From: an uncultured bacterium
GTDB lineage: Bacteria > Bacillota > Clostridia > Oscillospirales > CAG-272
DNA length: 63,031 nt
Reading direction: 5' to 3'
Assembly: GCA_949293405.1 (NCBI GenBank)
Contig: CASFDI010000032.1
Span: 1-63,031, forward strand
In this document: one piece after another, positions 44,907-54,321 of the stretch
Layout: every line of letters starts with the position of its first letter
How positions within the stretch are numbered: position 1 is the first letter of the stretch
The notes under the pieces: generated by a model
Seen by the model: the letters and a program-made list of their open reading frames with translations, nothing else
Told to the model about the DNA's origin: nothing
Database searches by the model: none
Translations under genes and position numbers: made by a program

Positions 44907-45455
44907 TTACTTGGAGTAGACTTCCGGCTTCAGGATGCCTACATACGGAAGGGCACGGTACTTCTCGTTATAGTCCAGCCCGTAACCTACCACAAATTCG
45001 TCGGGAATTTCCGTGCCGCAGAAATCGGCATGGAAATCCACCTCCCGGCGGGACGGTTTATCAAGCAGCGTGCAGGTTTTGACCGATCGGGCACCTTTCA
45101 GCGTCAGGTAGTCAATCAGGTACGACAGGGTCCTGCCGCTGTCGATAATGTCTTCCACCACAAGAATGTCACAGTCGTGAATGTCTTTTTTCTGTAAATC
45201 CAAATGAATATTGATGTTTCCGGATGTATGGGTTCCGGCCCCGTAAGAGGAAACTTTCATGAAATCGATCTCAAGCGGAGTTTTGAGTTTCTTCATCAGA
45301 TCACCCATGAACACCACCGAACCTTTCAGAATAGCCAGAAGCAACAGGCGTTTTCCCGGGCGGTTATATTCCCGGTCAATCTCTGCCGCCACGCGTGTGA
45401 CGATCCGGTCGAGCTCCGCTTCATCCACCAGAATTCTTGCAATGTCTTTATTCAT
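44907..45455 (-). CDS. hpt: hypoxanthine phosphoribosyltransferase
   Basis: ORF track 44907..45476, trimmed to [16 protein letters not shown] motif [12 protein letters not shown]. Confidence 0.92.
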   Translation of the reverse strand: MNKDIARILVDEAELDRIVTRVAAEIDREYNRPGKRLLLLAILKGSVVFMGDLMKKLKTPLEIDFMKVSSYGAGTHTSGNINIHLDLQKKDIHDCDILVVEDIIDSGRTLSYLIDYLTLKGARSVKTCTLLDKPSRREVDFHADFCGTEIPDEFVVGYGLDYNEKYRALPYVGILKPEVYSK

Positions 45456-46843
45456 TGTTCCCCTCCGCACGCACAATAATATGCGTACAAACAGTTTTTA
45501 TCTTCCAGTTGTGCGGCAGCACCGTCCCGGGGTGAAAATGCAGGAACCCAGAGAATGCCCGCACGGTCGCATAGGACAGGCCATGTGCGCTGTATGGAAC
45601 GCGGCATTTTTCTGCCGCCGAACATTTTTCTGAGGCTGTGCGTATGACAGTCATAAATGTAGGCATCACCTGGCCTGCAGGTGCGCACATACAAATCGGT
45701 AATCATTGTATCAAAAGATAGTGTGACTTGTTTAACGAATTTGTAAACATTTCTGATATTTTCCAACTTTTTGTCCGCACTGTCATAAGTGAAATAAAAT
45801 CCCCCGTCTGACCATGGCAGCGGATTCCAACCGGGATGCAACCACACCGGGACGGGAGAAACGAAACTCTCATCCGGCTCTGCCCATACAAGGTCACGGT
45901 GTACCATCAGACGGACAGCACCGGGAACAGAGACCGCACCGTGCGATGCGTCCGACCGGATCAGTGCATCTGCGGAATACAGGTGCACCCGTTCAGCCGA
46001 CGGGGCATTCTTTGACCGAAGATAAATCGCAAGTACGCGCCGGGATACAGCAGGATCTTCCGACGCAAGAACAGACCGACGCAAGCCTGCCACAGTTGTG
46101 GCACGGGAAAGGCATTCCTGTGCCAGGTGCCCGAGAAGCGCGTCATCCTGCCGCAGATCATCTGCCATTTTAGAAAGTGTCTGCTCAATATCGGGATTCA
46201 TCTCCCGAAGCAACGGCAGAATACGGTGGCGGATAAAGTTGCGTCGGAAAGCAGGGTCCGCATTGCTGGAATCGTTCACATACACAATACCGGCGTCATG
46301 CAGGGCACCGACGAGTTCCGCTGAAGAGAAGCCCAGCAGCGGGCGCAGCACCCGCCCGTTTTCGGCGGGCATGCCGGTCAGTCCACGCAGACCGCATCCG
46401 CGGATCAGGTGCAAAAAGATGGTTTCGCACTGATCGGTGCGATGATGCGCGGTGAGGATATAGCGGTACGGCTCATGCAATGCGTCGTAAAGCACAGCAT
46501 AACGCAGCCGGCGCGCCGCCTCCTCAATACCTTCACCCGGAACACGATTAGCAGGGACATCCACCGATACAGCTTGAAAAGGAACATCAAGTTCCATGCA
46601 TAAATTACGGCAGAATTCCAAGTCCCGGTCTGCTTCCGCGCCCCGGAGCCCGTGATGAACATGTACGGCGCACACCGGAGTCCCGCTGTCGCCGCTGAAA
46701 AGCAGGTGCATCGCATAAAGCAAAAAAACGGAATCCGCACCACCTGAAAGCGCAACCATCACGCCTCCCCGATCGTATCCGGCAGTCGCAAGACCGTCCC
46801 GGACACGCTGCAACAAGTGGTGCGGCAACACGCCCGGCATCAT
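45452..46843 (-). CDS. tilS: tRNA(Ile)-lysidine synthase
   Basis: PP-loop SGGADS. Conserved tilS-hpt-ftsH order. Confidence 0.88.
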   Translation of the reverse strand: MMPGVLPHHLLQRVRDGLATAGYDRGGVMVALSGGADSVFLLYAMHLLFSGDSGTPVCAVHVHHGLRGAEADRDLEFCRNLCMELDVPFQAVSVDVPANRVPGEGIEEAARRLRYAVLYDALHEPYRYILTAHHRTDQCETIFLHLIRGCGLRGLTGMPAENGRVLRPLLGFSSAELVGALHDAGIVYVNDSSNADPAFRRNFIRHRILPLLREMNPDIEQTLSKMADDLRQDDALLGHLAQECLSRATTVAGLRRSVLASEDPAVSRRVLAIYLRSKNAPSAERVHLYSADALIRSDASHGAVSVPGAVRLMVHRDLVWAEPDESFVSPVPVWLHPGWNPLPWSDGGFYFTYDSADKKLENIRNVYKFVKQVTLSFDTMITDLYVRTCRPGDAYIYDCHTHSLRKMFGGRKMPRSIQRTWPVLCDRAGILWVPAFSPRDGAAAQLEDKNCLYAYYCACGGEQ

Positions 46844-48195
46844 GTGCCGGGCGCCGGTTCACGGTCATCATCCACCGTACGGAATTTGGTAAACTGGCCG
46901 TTCCAGCCCATTTCCACCGTTCCGGTCGAGCCGTGCCGGTTTTTTGCGATGATCACTTCAGCGGTGTTGACCGCAATATTATCCTTGGCGCCTTCCGCAT
47001 CTTTATAGTATTCTTCGCGGTACAAAAACATGACGATATCAGCGTCCTGCTCGATGGCTCCCGAGTCACGCAGATCGGATAGCATCGGCTTCTTGACGGT
47101 ACGGGACTCCGGACCGCGGGAAAGCTGCGCACAGCAGATGATCGGAACCCCCAGATCCTTTGCCATGATTTTCAGATTCCGGGAAATGTCGCCCACCTCC
47201 TGGACACGGTTTTCAATATTGCGGCCACTCTGCATCAGCTGCAGGTAATCGATGACAACAAGACCGAGATTCCTGACACGCCGCAGTTTTGCCTTCATAT
47301 CGGTAGCGGTGATCCCGGAGGTATCGTCAATGAGAATCTCACATCCGGCAAGCTCGCTGGTCGCATCCGCCAGCCGTTCCCAGTCCTCCGGTTTCAGCTC
47401 TCCGCTGCGCAAACTGTAACTGTCCACCAGCGCCTCACTGGAAAGCATCCGGTTCACAAGCTGCTCCCCGGACATTTCCAATGAAAAAATGCAGACCGCT
47501 TTTTTCGTGCTTTTCGCAACATTGGTGGCAATATTCATGGCGAAACTGGTCTTCCCCATACCGGGGCGTGCTCCCACCAGAACCAGGTCTCCCCGTCCCA
47601 TCTGTACCAATACCTTATCAATCCCGGAGAACCCGGTACGGGTACCGGTTGATTCCGCTTTGTGCTCGGATTTCAGCACCAGCTCCTGATAAACATTACC
47701 CAGAATATCCTTGATATGCCGGAATTCCTTGGAGTCGCGGTTCTGCGCCAGTTCGAAAATTTTCTGTTCGGCTGCATCTACAATTGCAGATGCCTCTCCG
47801 CTCTCCGCATACGACATGTCGGCAATCTCTTCCGCAACCGAAATCAGACGGCGCAACACCGCCTTGTCACGAACGATCTTCGCATAATCGAGCACATTGG
47901 CCGCCGACGGGACCGCTGTAGCCAACTGCGTCACATACTGAATGTTGGCCGCCTCGTCCTTTTTTCCTTCTTTAGCCAGCTCATCCATCAGGATGACGGT
48001 ATCCACCGTTCTGCTCTGCATGAACATCCGCTGCAGAATTCCGAAAATCACCTTGTGCTCTTCAGTATAAAAATCTTCTGCAGTCAGAATGGCGGCAATT
48101 TTTTCAAAACTGTCCGGTTTGATCAGAAGGCTGCCCAGCACCGACTGTTCCGCTTCCAGGGAAAACGGCAGTTTCCGAATCATATCAAGTTCCAT
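46840..48195 (-). CDS. dnaB: replicative DNA helicase DnaB
   Basis: PFSLEAEQSVLGSLL N-terminus and GARPGMGKTSFAMN Walker A. No intein. Confidence 0.95.
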   Translation of the reverse strand: MELDMIRKLPFSLEAEQSVLGSLLIKPDSFEKIAAILTAEDFYTEEHKVIFGILQRMFMQSRTVDTVILMDELAKEGKKDEAANIQYVTQLATAVPSAANVLDYAKIVRDKAVLRRLISVAEEIADMSYAESGEASAIVDAAEQKIFELAQNRDSKEFRHIKDILGNVYQELVLKSEHKAESTGTRTGFSGIDKVLVQMGRGDLVLVGARPGMGKTSFAMNIATNVAKSTKKAVCIFSLEMSGEQLVNRMLSSEALVDSYSLRSGELKPEDWERLADATSELAGCEILIDDTSGITATDMKAKLRRVRNLGLVVIDYLQLMQSGRNIENRVQEVGDISRNLKIMAKDLGVPIICCAQLSRGPESRTVKKPMLSDLRDSGAIEQDADIVMFLYREEYYKDAEGAKDNIAVNTAEVIIAKNRHGSTGTVEMGWNGQFTKFRTVDDDREPAPGT

Positions 48196-48231
48196 TGCTC
48201 TTTCCCTGTCCTTTCAGAACCGCGGCCGGCT

Positions 48232-48672
48232 TTATTCCACCGAAACCACAAACTTCCCTGTAATGTCCTCGTACAGCCGCACTTCAATCTGGAATCTGCC
48301 GTGTGCCTTGATCGGAGCATCCAGTTTGATTTTCCGTTTATCCACCACAATTCCGAAATCCTGTTCCAGCGCCTGCGCAATTTCCTTGGAAGTGATGGCA
48401 CCGTAAAGTCTGCCGTCTGCCCCCGCTGAGGCTTTCAGAGTTACCACCGTTTTGTTCAGTTTCTCAGCGGTTGCCTGCGCCGCTTTCCGCTCCTCTTCAA
48501 TCCGGAACAGACGGGCTTCTTCTTTACCCTTGATCTCATTCTGTGCTTTCGCATCTGCAGGGATCGCGATTTTCTGCGGGAACAGAAAATTGCGTGCATA
48601 TCCGTCCGACACATCGACGATCTGATCTTTCTTTCCTTTTCCTTTGACATCCTTAAGCAATACGACCTTCAT
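48232..48672 (-). CDS. rplI: 50S ribosomal protein L9
   Basis: ORF track 48232..48708, trimmed to [30 protein letters not shown] (AAGGAG upstream). Confidence 0.95.
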   Translation of the reverse strand: MKVVLLKDVKGKGKKDQIVDVSDGYARNFLFPQKIAIPADAKAQNEIKGKEEARLFRIEEERKAAQATAEKLNKTVVTLKASAGADGRLYGAITSKEIAQALEQDFGIVVDKRKIKLDAPIKAHGRFQIEVRLYEDITGKFVVSVE

Positions 48673-48688
48673 TGTTATCTCCTTCCGG

Positions 48689-50722
48689 TTATCTGTCACG
48701 GTGGTCAATAGGCGCCACCAGCAGATATTCCTCTATACTTTTTTTCAGATTTCCGAGCACATGCTCCATGCTCTCTCCCATCACCTGCGCACCTGCCACA
48801 TCAAAGTGGCCGCCACCGCGCAACTTTTCCAGAATCAGCTGTACATTGACCCGGCCGTTGGAACGCGCGGAAATGTGGATATTCCCATTGATCTGGACCA
48901 GAGCAAAACTGGCATCCACATTCTTGATGGTGAGCAGTTTTTCCGCCACCTTGGCTGCCGCAACCCGGAATGCCGGATCGGTTTCCCCTTCAACGCAGGA
49001 GATTGCCATATGCTGACGGAAAATTTCAATGTTGGACATGAAGCGCGACTCACGGGTCAGATCCACCGCATCCATACGGAACATTTCGCTTGCCACTGCC
49101 GGATTTGCACCCTGAGACTGCAAAAAGCGCGCTGCAGAAAAGGTCCTGGTTCCGGTGCTTCTGGTAAATTGCTTGGTATCAAGCAGGATTCCGGCCATCA
49201 TCAGATCAGCTTCCTCCCGACGCAGCCCCGATGAGGTCATGCTGTATTCAATCAGCTCAGAAACCAATTCCGACGCCGAAGAAGCGGAAGGTTCAATATA
49301 ATCCAGAACTACCGTATCGGGATGTTCCGCTGTCTTGATATGATGGTCCACTACCGCAATGTGCTGCGCTTTTTCCACCACTGACGGAAATTCCACATGC
49401 GCGAAGTTGTTGACATCCACAACAATCAGCAAGGTATCCGGCACGATCATGGAGAGCGCTTCATTTTCACCGATCAGGATATGATCGTACTCATCCAGTT
49501 TCAGGATATGCTCAATGCAGGCGGACAGGTTTTTGTCATTGCGGTTGACCGCGATGCGCGGCTGCGCGCCGCAGAGCATCACCATGCGCGCCATTCCCAC
49601 TGCCGCGCCGAAGGAATCGAAATCTCCGTACCGGTGCCCCATAATCAGCACATTGTCCGCTCGGGCAATCAGAGAATACAGCGTCCGGGCTGTAACACGC
49701 GCCTTGACATTGGTGCGCTTGTAGACCGCTTTTGTTCTGCCGCCGTAATACTCGACGCCGTCCTCACTTTTATAAACCACCTGGTCGCCGCCACGCTGCA
49801 AAGCAAGATCAAGCGCCGCCTGCGCTGCCGCTTCCCGTTCGGCAAGAGTGCCCTGGATCTTGGACACCCCCATCGAGATGGTGATTGAAATGCCGTCACC
49901 TACGCGCGTGCTACGCACTTTATCCAGTATATCGAAACGGTTCTCAATCGCTTTATTGAGATGATAAGCATCAAAGAACATGACATAGTGGTCACTGTCA
50001 TAGGACTTGAGTATGCCGCCTACAGAATTGGCCCATGCCTTGAGTTTGTCGTCCACATCGCTCGCGGCATCGCGGAAGTTCTCATGCACATACTTCATCA
50101 CCTCATCGATATTGTCGATTGAGATATACGCCACTGCTACGCGCTCGTTCTCATACCGATCCTGCAGATTCAGCAGTTCCGATACATCCTGAAGAATCAC
50201 GAAGAAATACCGCTTTCCTTCATTGACCGTTCCGATGGCATCATAAGTGTAGACCTTATCGCCCAGTTTAACACAGTCGCCCTTTTCGTTGTGCCAGACA
50301 TTGAACATGCTGTTCACGGCGCAACCAATGGCTGCACCGCTTTCCTGTATATAGGGCGCAATCTCATCGTTATACCAGCACAAATTCCCGAATTCATCGC
50401 AGATCAGTACCGGCACATGCATTTTCTGAATGAAGAGCCCCAGTGTCGATTCAAGCAGTGCCTCCATGCGGTTATCCAGCACAAGCGGGTTCTGATGCAT
50501 GCGCCAGTACGCCCAACCACACAGGAAAACCAAATACACAAACGCCGCACATACCGCAACGAAAAAGGCGGAATCCGGGACTCTGTCCACAATGACTCCG
50601 GTCAACAGCAGCAGCAGGCATGCCGAAAAAACCGTTACCAGCAGATCCGCCCGTGTGGCAATCCGCTCTCCGGTATCGGCCAGTTGATTTTGATCGCGAT
50701 CTGTTTTCATATCCAGCTTCAT
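48689..50722 (-). CDS. gdpP: GdpP/YybT-type DHH-DHHA1 phosphodiesterase (cyclic-di-AMP PDE family)
   Basis: ORF track 48689..50911, trimmed to [10 protein letters not shown] because a promoter lies at 50796-50824. Two TM helices, a PAS-like domain, a degenerate GGDEF domain, DHH (VVDHH) and GGGH motifs. Confidence 0.85.
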   Translation of the reverse strand: MKLDMKTDRDQNQLADTGERIATRADLLVTVFSACLLLLLTGVIVDRVPDSAFFVAVCAAFVYLVFLCGWAYWRMHQNPLVLDNRMEALLESTLGLFIQKMHVPVLICDEFGNLCWYNDEIAPYIQESGAAIGCAVNSMFNVWHNEKGDCVKLGDKVYTYDAIGTVNEGKRYFFVILQDVSELLNLQDRYENERVAVAYISIDNIDEVMKYVHENFRDAASDVDDKLKAWANSVGGILKSYDSDHYVMFFDAYHLNKAIENRFDILDKVRSTRVGDGISITISMGVSKIQGTLAEREAAAQAALDLALQRGGDQVVYKSEDGVEYYGGRTKAVYKRTNVKARVTARTLYSLIARADNVLIMGHRYGDFDSFGAAVGMARMVMLCGAQPRIAVNRNDKNLSACIEHILKLDEYDHILIGENEALSMIVPDTLLIVVDVNNFAHVEFPSVVEKAQHIAVVDHHIKTAEHPDTVVLDYIEPSASSASELVSELIEYSMTSSGLRREEADLMMAGILLDTKQFTRSTGTRTFSAARFLQSQGANPAVASEMFRMDAVDLTRESRFMSNIEIFRQHMAISCVEGETDPAFRVAAAKVAEKLLTIKNVDASFALVQINGNIHISARSNGRVNVQLILEKLRGGGHFDVAGAQVMGESMEHVLGNLKKSIEEYLLVAPIDHRDR

Positions 50723-50795
50723 AATCAGGCAGGCACATCCTCCGAAAATCATCCGGCATGGGCACACCCATGCACAAAACGCATCTTGATTTATT

Positions 50796-50824
50796 ATTAT
50801 AGCATAAATCGTATTATTTGTAAA
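50796..50824 (-). promoter_or_regulatory. gdpP-rplI-dnaB promoter
   Basis: Minus strand has TTTACA, a 17-nt spacer, then TGcTATAAT. Confidence 0.5.
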
Positions 50825-50863
50825 GGGCCAATCCTTCTTTTTGCCCGCATGCGGATTTGCCCC

Positions 50864-50892
50864 TTGAAAATCAGGCGTTTGTGTTGTAAAAT
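50864..50892 (+). promoter_or_regulatory. recG promoter
   Basis: TTGAAA (50864-50869), 17-nt spacer, TAAAAT (50887-50892). Confidence 0.5.
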
Positions 50893-50947
50893 ATTGTGGA
50901 AGGGCTGACAAAGTTTACAGATTCGTCCGCCGGAGAGGAGACGGAAA

Positions 50948-53062
50948 ATGACACCGGACCTGCAGAGTACGGTATCGCAACTGCGCGGTATCGGTCCTGC
51001 CAAACAAAAAGCGCTTGCTTCCATCGGCATTTTCACGCTGAGCGACCTGCTTCACCATTACCCGCGCACTTATGAAAACCGGGGAGCGATCCGTCTGCTG
51101 ACCCGGGCGGTCGGCGAAGAACACCGGTGCGCTTTTCTGCTTACGGTGACCAGTGAACCGCATACGGCGGAGATCCGACGGGGACTGTCCATCACAAAAT
51201 TCCGTGCATGCGATGAATCTGCCACAGCGGAAATTGTGTATTTCAATCAGCCTTATGTCCGGAATATATTTCATATCGGCGCAACCTTCCGGTTCTGGGG
51301 GCAGCTCCGTACAAACGGAAAACACCTGCAACTCAGTGCACCCGCCTATGAATTGTACCAGCCTGATGTGCCCCTGCCTGATCTTTTGCCGGTATACCCG
51401 CTTACAGAAGGAATCACAAACAGGCAGATGCTCTCCTGGACAGACGAACTGTTGCAGCTTGTTTCTACCATTCCGGAGATTCTGCCTTATTTTATCATCA
51501 AAGACAACAATTTGTGTACCCTGTCATACGCATATCAGAACATTCACCGTCCGCAATCCGAAGAAGCTCTTGCATCCGCAATCCGGAGACTGACTTTCGA
51601 CGAACTGCTCTGTCTCGGACTGGGCGTCGCACTCTCCAAGCGTATGCTCAACGCTCAGAGGATCCGTGCTATTCCAAAGACCGATATCCGACCGCTGACC
51701 GATCGGCTTCCCTACCAGCTGACCGAAGCACAGAAACGCGTGGTCAATGAGATTTACCGCGACATGACCCACGCCGGACCGGACGGCACCTGCGCACCCA
51801 TGCACCGGATTCTGATCGGTGATGTCGGATCCGGAAAAACCATCTGCGCCGCCATTGCCGTCTATCTGGCACTGAAAAACGGATTTCAGGCCGCCCTGAT
51901 GGTACCGACCGAAATTCTTGCCCTGCAACACTACCGGGATATGGAGCCGCTGTTTAACTCGCTCGGCTTTCCCTGTTATCTGCTGACCGGCTCCACGCCC
52001 GCGAAGGAGAAAAACAGAATTTATCGTGCCCTGAGCGACTCTGATGCCCTTCCCGCACTGGTAATCGGCACGCATGCACTTCTTTCTGATAAGGTCTCCT
52101 TTCACAATCTGGGGCTGACAGTCACCGACGAGCAGCACCGTTTCGGCGTCCTGCAGCGTGCCGCTCTGAAAAACAAAACCGATACGGCTCATCTGCTGGT
52201 CATGAGTGCGACTCCCATTCCGCGTACCCTGGCACTTGCACTTTACGGAGATCTTTCCATTTCCCTGATTGACCAGATGCCCGCCGGCAGACAGCGTGTC
52301 GATACTTATGTTGTAGACGAAAGTTACCGGGAGAGACTTTATGCTTTTATCCGTAAACAGGTATCCCAGGGCGGACAGGTGTACATTGTCTGCCCCTCGA
52401 TTGAAGAGAGTGACCCGGAGAACATTTCTCCCGATGCCCCTCAACTCAAGGATGCGACCGGATATGCCGATACTCTCACGCACAAAGTCTTTCCCGATCT
52501 GCGCATTGCCCTGATTCACGGACGCATGCCCACGAAAGAAAAAGACGCGGTCATGAAAGCCTTTTCTGACGGGACAGTGGATATTCTGGTCTCAACAACC
52601 GTTATTGAGGTCGGGGTCAATGTTCCCAATGCCTCCCTGATGGTTGTAGAAAACGCTGAGCGCTTCGGACTGGCGCAGCTGCACCAGTTGCGCGGCCGTG
52701 TGGGGCGCGGTCAGCGCCGTTCCTACTGTATTCTGGTATCCGAAGCACACACCGGAACAGCACATGACCGGCTGGAAGTGTTGCGAACTACTTATGACGG
52801 GTTCCGGGTAGCGGAACAGGATCTTGCCCAACGCGGTCCGGGTGACTTCTTTGCCGGCACGACGGCAGATGGGGTGCGTCAGAGCGGCGGATTGCCGCTG
52901 CAACTGGCACGGTTGTGCAGCGATACTGAAACCATGCAACAGGCATTCCGCTCCGCCGAGCGTCTGCTTGCAGAAGACCCGCGTCTGGAATCAGAAGAAT
53001 CCGCCCCGATCAAAAAAGAAGTGGAACGGCTTTTCGCCATTCAGGAAAGCACTGTTTCCTGA
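50948..53062 (+). CDS. recG: ATP-dependent DNA helicase RecG
   Basis: Wedge/OB N-terminus, GDVGSGKT, DEQHRFG, and helicase C-terminal motifs. Confidence 0.95.
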   Translation: MTPDLQSTVSQLRGIGPAKQKALASIGIFTLSDLLHHYPRTYENRGAIRLLTRAVGEEHRCAFLLTVTSEPHTAEIRRGLSITKFRACDESATAEIVYFNQPYVRNIFHIGATFRFWGQLRTNGKHLQLSAPAYELYQPDVPLPDLLPVYPLTEGITNRQMLSWTDELLQLVSTIPEILPYFIIKDNNLCTLSYAYQNIHRPQSEEALASAIRRLTFDELLCLGLGVALSKRMLNAQRIRAIPKTDIRPLTDRLPYQLTEAQKRVVNEIYRDMTHAGPDGTCAPMHRILIGDVGSGKTICAAIAVYLALKNGFQAALMVPTEILALQHYRDMEPLFNSLGFPCYLLTGSTPAKEKNRIYRALSDSDALPALVIGTHALLSDKVSFHNLGLTVTDEQHRFGVLQRAALKNKTDTAHLLVMSATPIPRTLALALYGDLSISLIDQMPAGRQRVDTYVVDESYRERLYAFIRKQVSQGGQVYIVCPSIEESDPENISPDAPQLKDATGYADTLTHKVFPDLRIALIHGRMPTKEKDAVMKAFSDGTVDILVSTTVIEVGVNVPNASLMVVENAERFGLAQLHQLRGRVGRGQRRSYCILVSEAHTGTAHDRLEVLRTTYDGFRVAEQDLAQRGPGDFFAGTTADGVRQSGGLPLQLARLCSDTETMQQAFRSAERLLAEDPRLESEESAPIKKEVERLFAIQESTVS

Positions 53063-53082
53063 AGCAATACACGGAGGAAAAC

Positions 53083-54321
53083 ATGAGACAACAACCGCTT
53101 GCAGACCGCATGAGGCCGACAAGTCTTGATGAAATAGTCGGGCAGAAGCATCTTGTCGGCAAAAATGGCATTCTGCGCCGCATGCTGGAAGCAGGACGCA
53201 TTACCAACATGATTTTTGCAGGTCCCCCCGGAACCGGGAAAACCACCTGTGCCGGAGTCATAGCAAAGCAGTCCGATCTGCCGCTCTACCATCTCAATGC
53301 AACCACCGCCTCCCTTTCCGACATCAAGGAAATCACTGCATCTACACAAAACATGTTCGGTGCAGGCGGTGTACTGCTGTATCTGGATGAAATTCAGTAC
53401 TTCAACCGTAAGCAACAGCAGACATTGCTTGAATTTATGGAAGACGGCCGTCTGGTTCTGATTGCTTCCACTACCGAAAATCCCTATCTGTATATTTACA
53501 GCGCAATCATTTCCCGTTCCTCTGTTTTTACCTTCAAACCGGTACCTCCGGAAGAAATTGTACACGCACTGACACGCGGCATGGAAGTGCTCAACCGCGA
53601 AACCGGGAGCCAGGTCACAGCGGAGGATAAAGCTCTTGCATTGATCGCCGACCGCAGTGGCGGCGATGTCAGGCAGGCCCTTTCCATTCTGGAAAACGCC
53701 TATTTCACGGCAGATAACGGTATTCTCACTGTCGTGCAGGCCGAAGAGCTTTGCCCCCCGCTGGCAGGAAGGTTTGATCGGTCGGGAGATGTTCACTACG
53801 ATCTGATAAGTTGTCTGCAAAAATCGATTCGCGGCTCCGATGTCGATGCTGCCATGTTTTATCTTGCGAAAATACTTGCAGGCGGTGATCTGCTGGCTGC
53901 ATGCCGCAGGTTGCAGGTCATTGCAAACGAGGATATCGGACTGGCCTATCCCCTGGCGGCTGCTGTCACACGCAGCTGTGTCGAAAGTGCAAAAGACCTG
54001 GGCCTGCCGGAAGGTGCCATTCCCCTGGCGCATGCAGTCGCGCTCCTGGCAACCGCACCTAAATCCAATGCTGCCAACGCGGCATACGAGCGTGCCATGC
54101 AACAGGTCGCACTGGGACGCGGCGCAGATCTGCCGGAGCATCTGCGCGGTCCTTCTTTCCGCGGTTATCTGTATCCGCATGACTATCCGCGCCACTATGT
54201 ACGGCAGCAGTACCTTCCGGACGATCTGCGCGATGCCCATTTCTTCCAGTTCGGCGAGAGCAAAACCGAGCAGGCGGCTAAGTCCTACTACTATATGATC
54301 CGTGGCCAGGACCCCACATGA
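53083..54321 (+). CDS. rarA: replication-associated recombination protein A
   Basis: [25 protein letters not shown], and a MgsA C-terminal domain. Confidence 0.93.
   Translation: MRQQPLADRMRPTSLDEIVGQKHLVGKNGILRRMLEAGRITNMIFAGPPGTGKTTCAGVIAKQSDLPLYHLNATTASLSDIKEITASTQNMFGAGGVLLYLDEIQYFNRKQQQTLLEFMEDGRLVLIASTTENPYLYIYSAIISRSSVFTFKPVPPEEIVHALTRGMEVLNRETGSQVTAEDKALALIADRSGGDVRQALSILENAYFTADNGILTVVQAEELCPPLAGRFDRSGDVHYDLISCLQKSIRGSDVDAAMFYLAKILAGGDLLAACRRLQVIANEDIGLAYPLAAAVTRSCVESAKDLGLPEGAIPLAHAVALLATAPKSNAANAAYERAMQQVALGRGADLPEHLRGPSFRGYLYPHDYPRHYVRQQYLPDDLRDAHFFQFGESKTEQAAKSYYYMIRGQDPT

Noticed and set aside
50723-50911. N-terminal extension of the gdpP ORF in the track (MSALPQYFTT...), and similar extensions of the ORFs at 3725-3850, 27532-27555, 48673-48708 and 41014-41142.
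   Set aside because: The extensions run through promoter-like AT-rich DNA and lack an RBS. Internal ATGs with good AGGAGG spacing give N-termini matching the families.
53041-54240. Long antisense ORFs of 300-450 aa opposite real genes. This one lies opposite rarA; others are 61415-62776 and 60176-61231 opposite leuS, 58046-59305 opposite GH42, 24495-25679 opposite ltaS, 51524-52519 opposite recG, 43214-44176 opposite ftsH, 31329-32363 opposite mutL/tgt and 17306-18205 opposite hslO.
   Set aside because: These are typical shadow ORFs of GC-rich coding DNA. Their composition is Arg/Gly/His/Cys-rich, they lack RBS-start pairs, and the opposite strand in each case encodes a protein with unmistakable family motifs.
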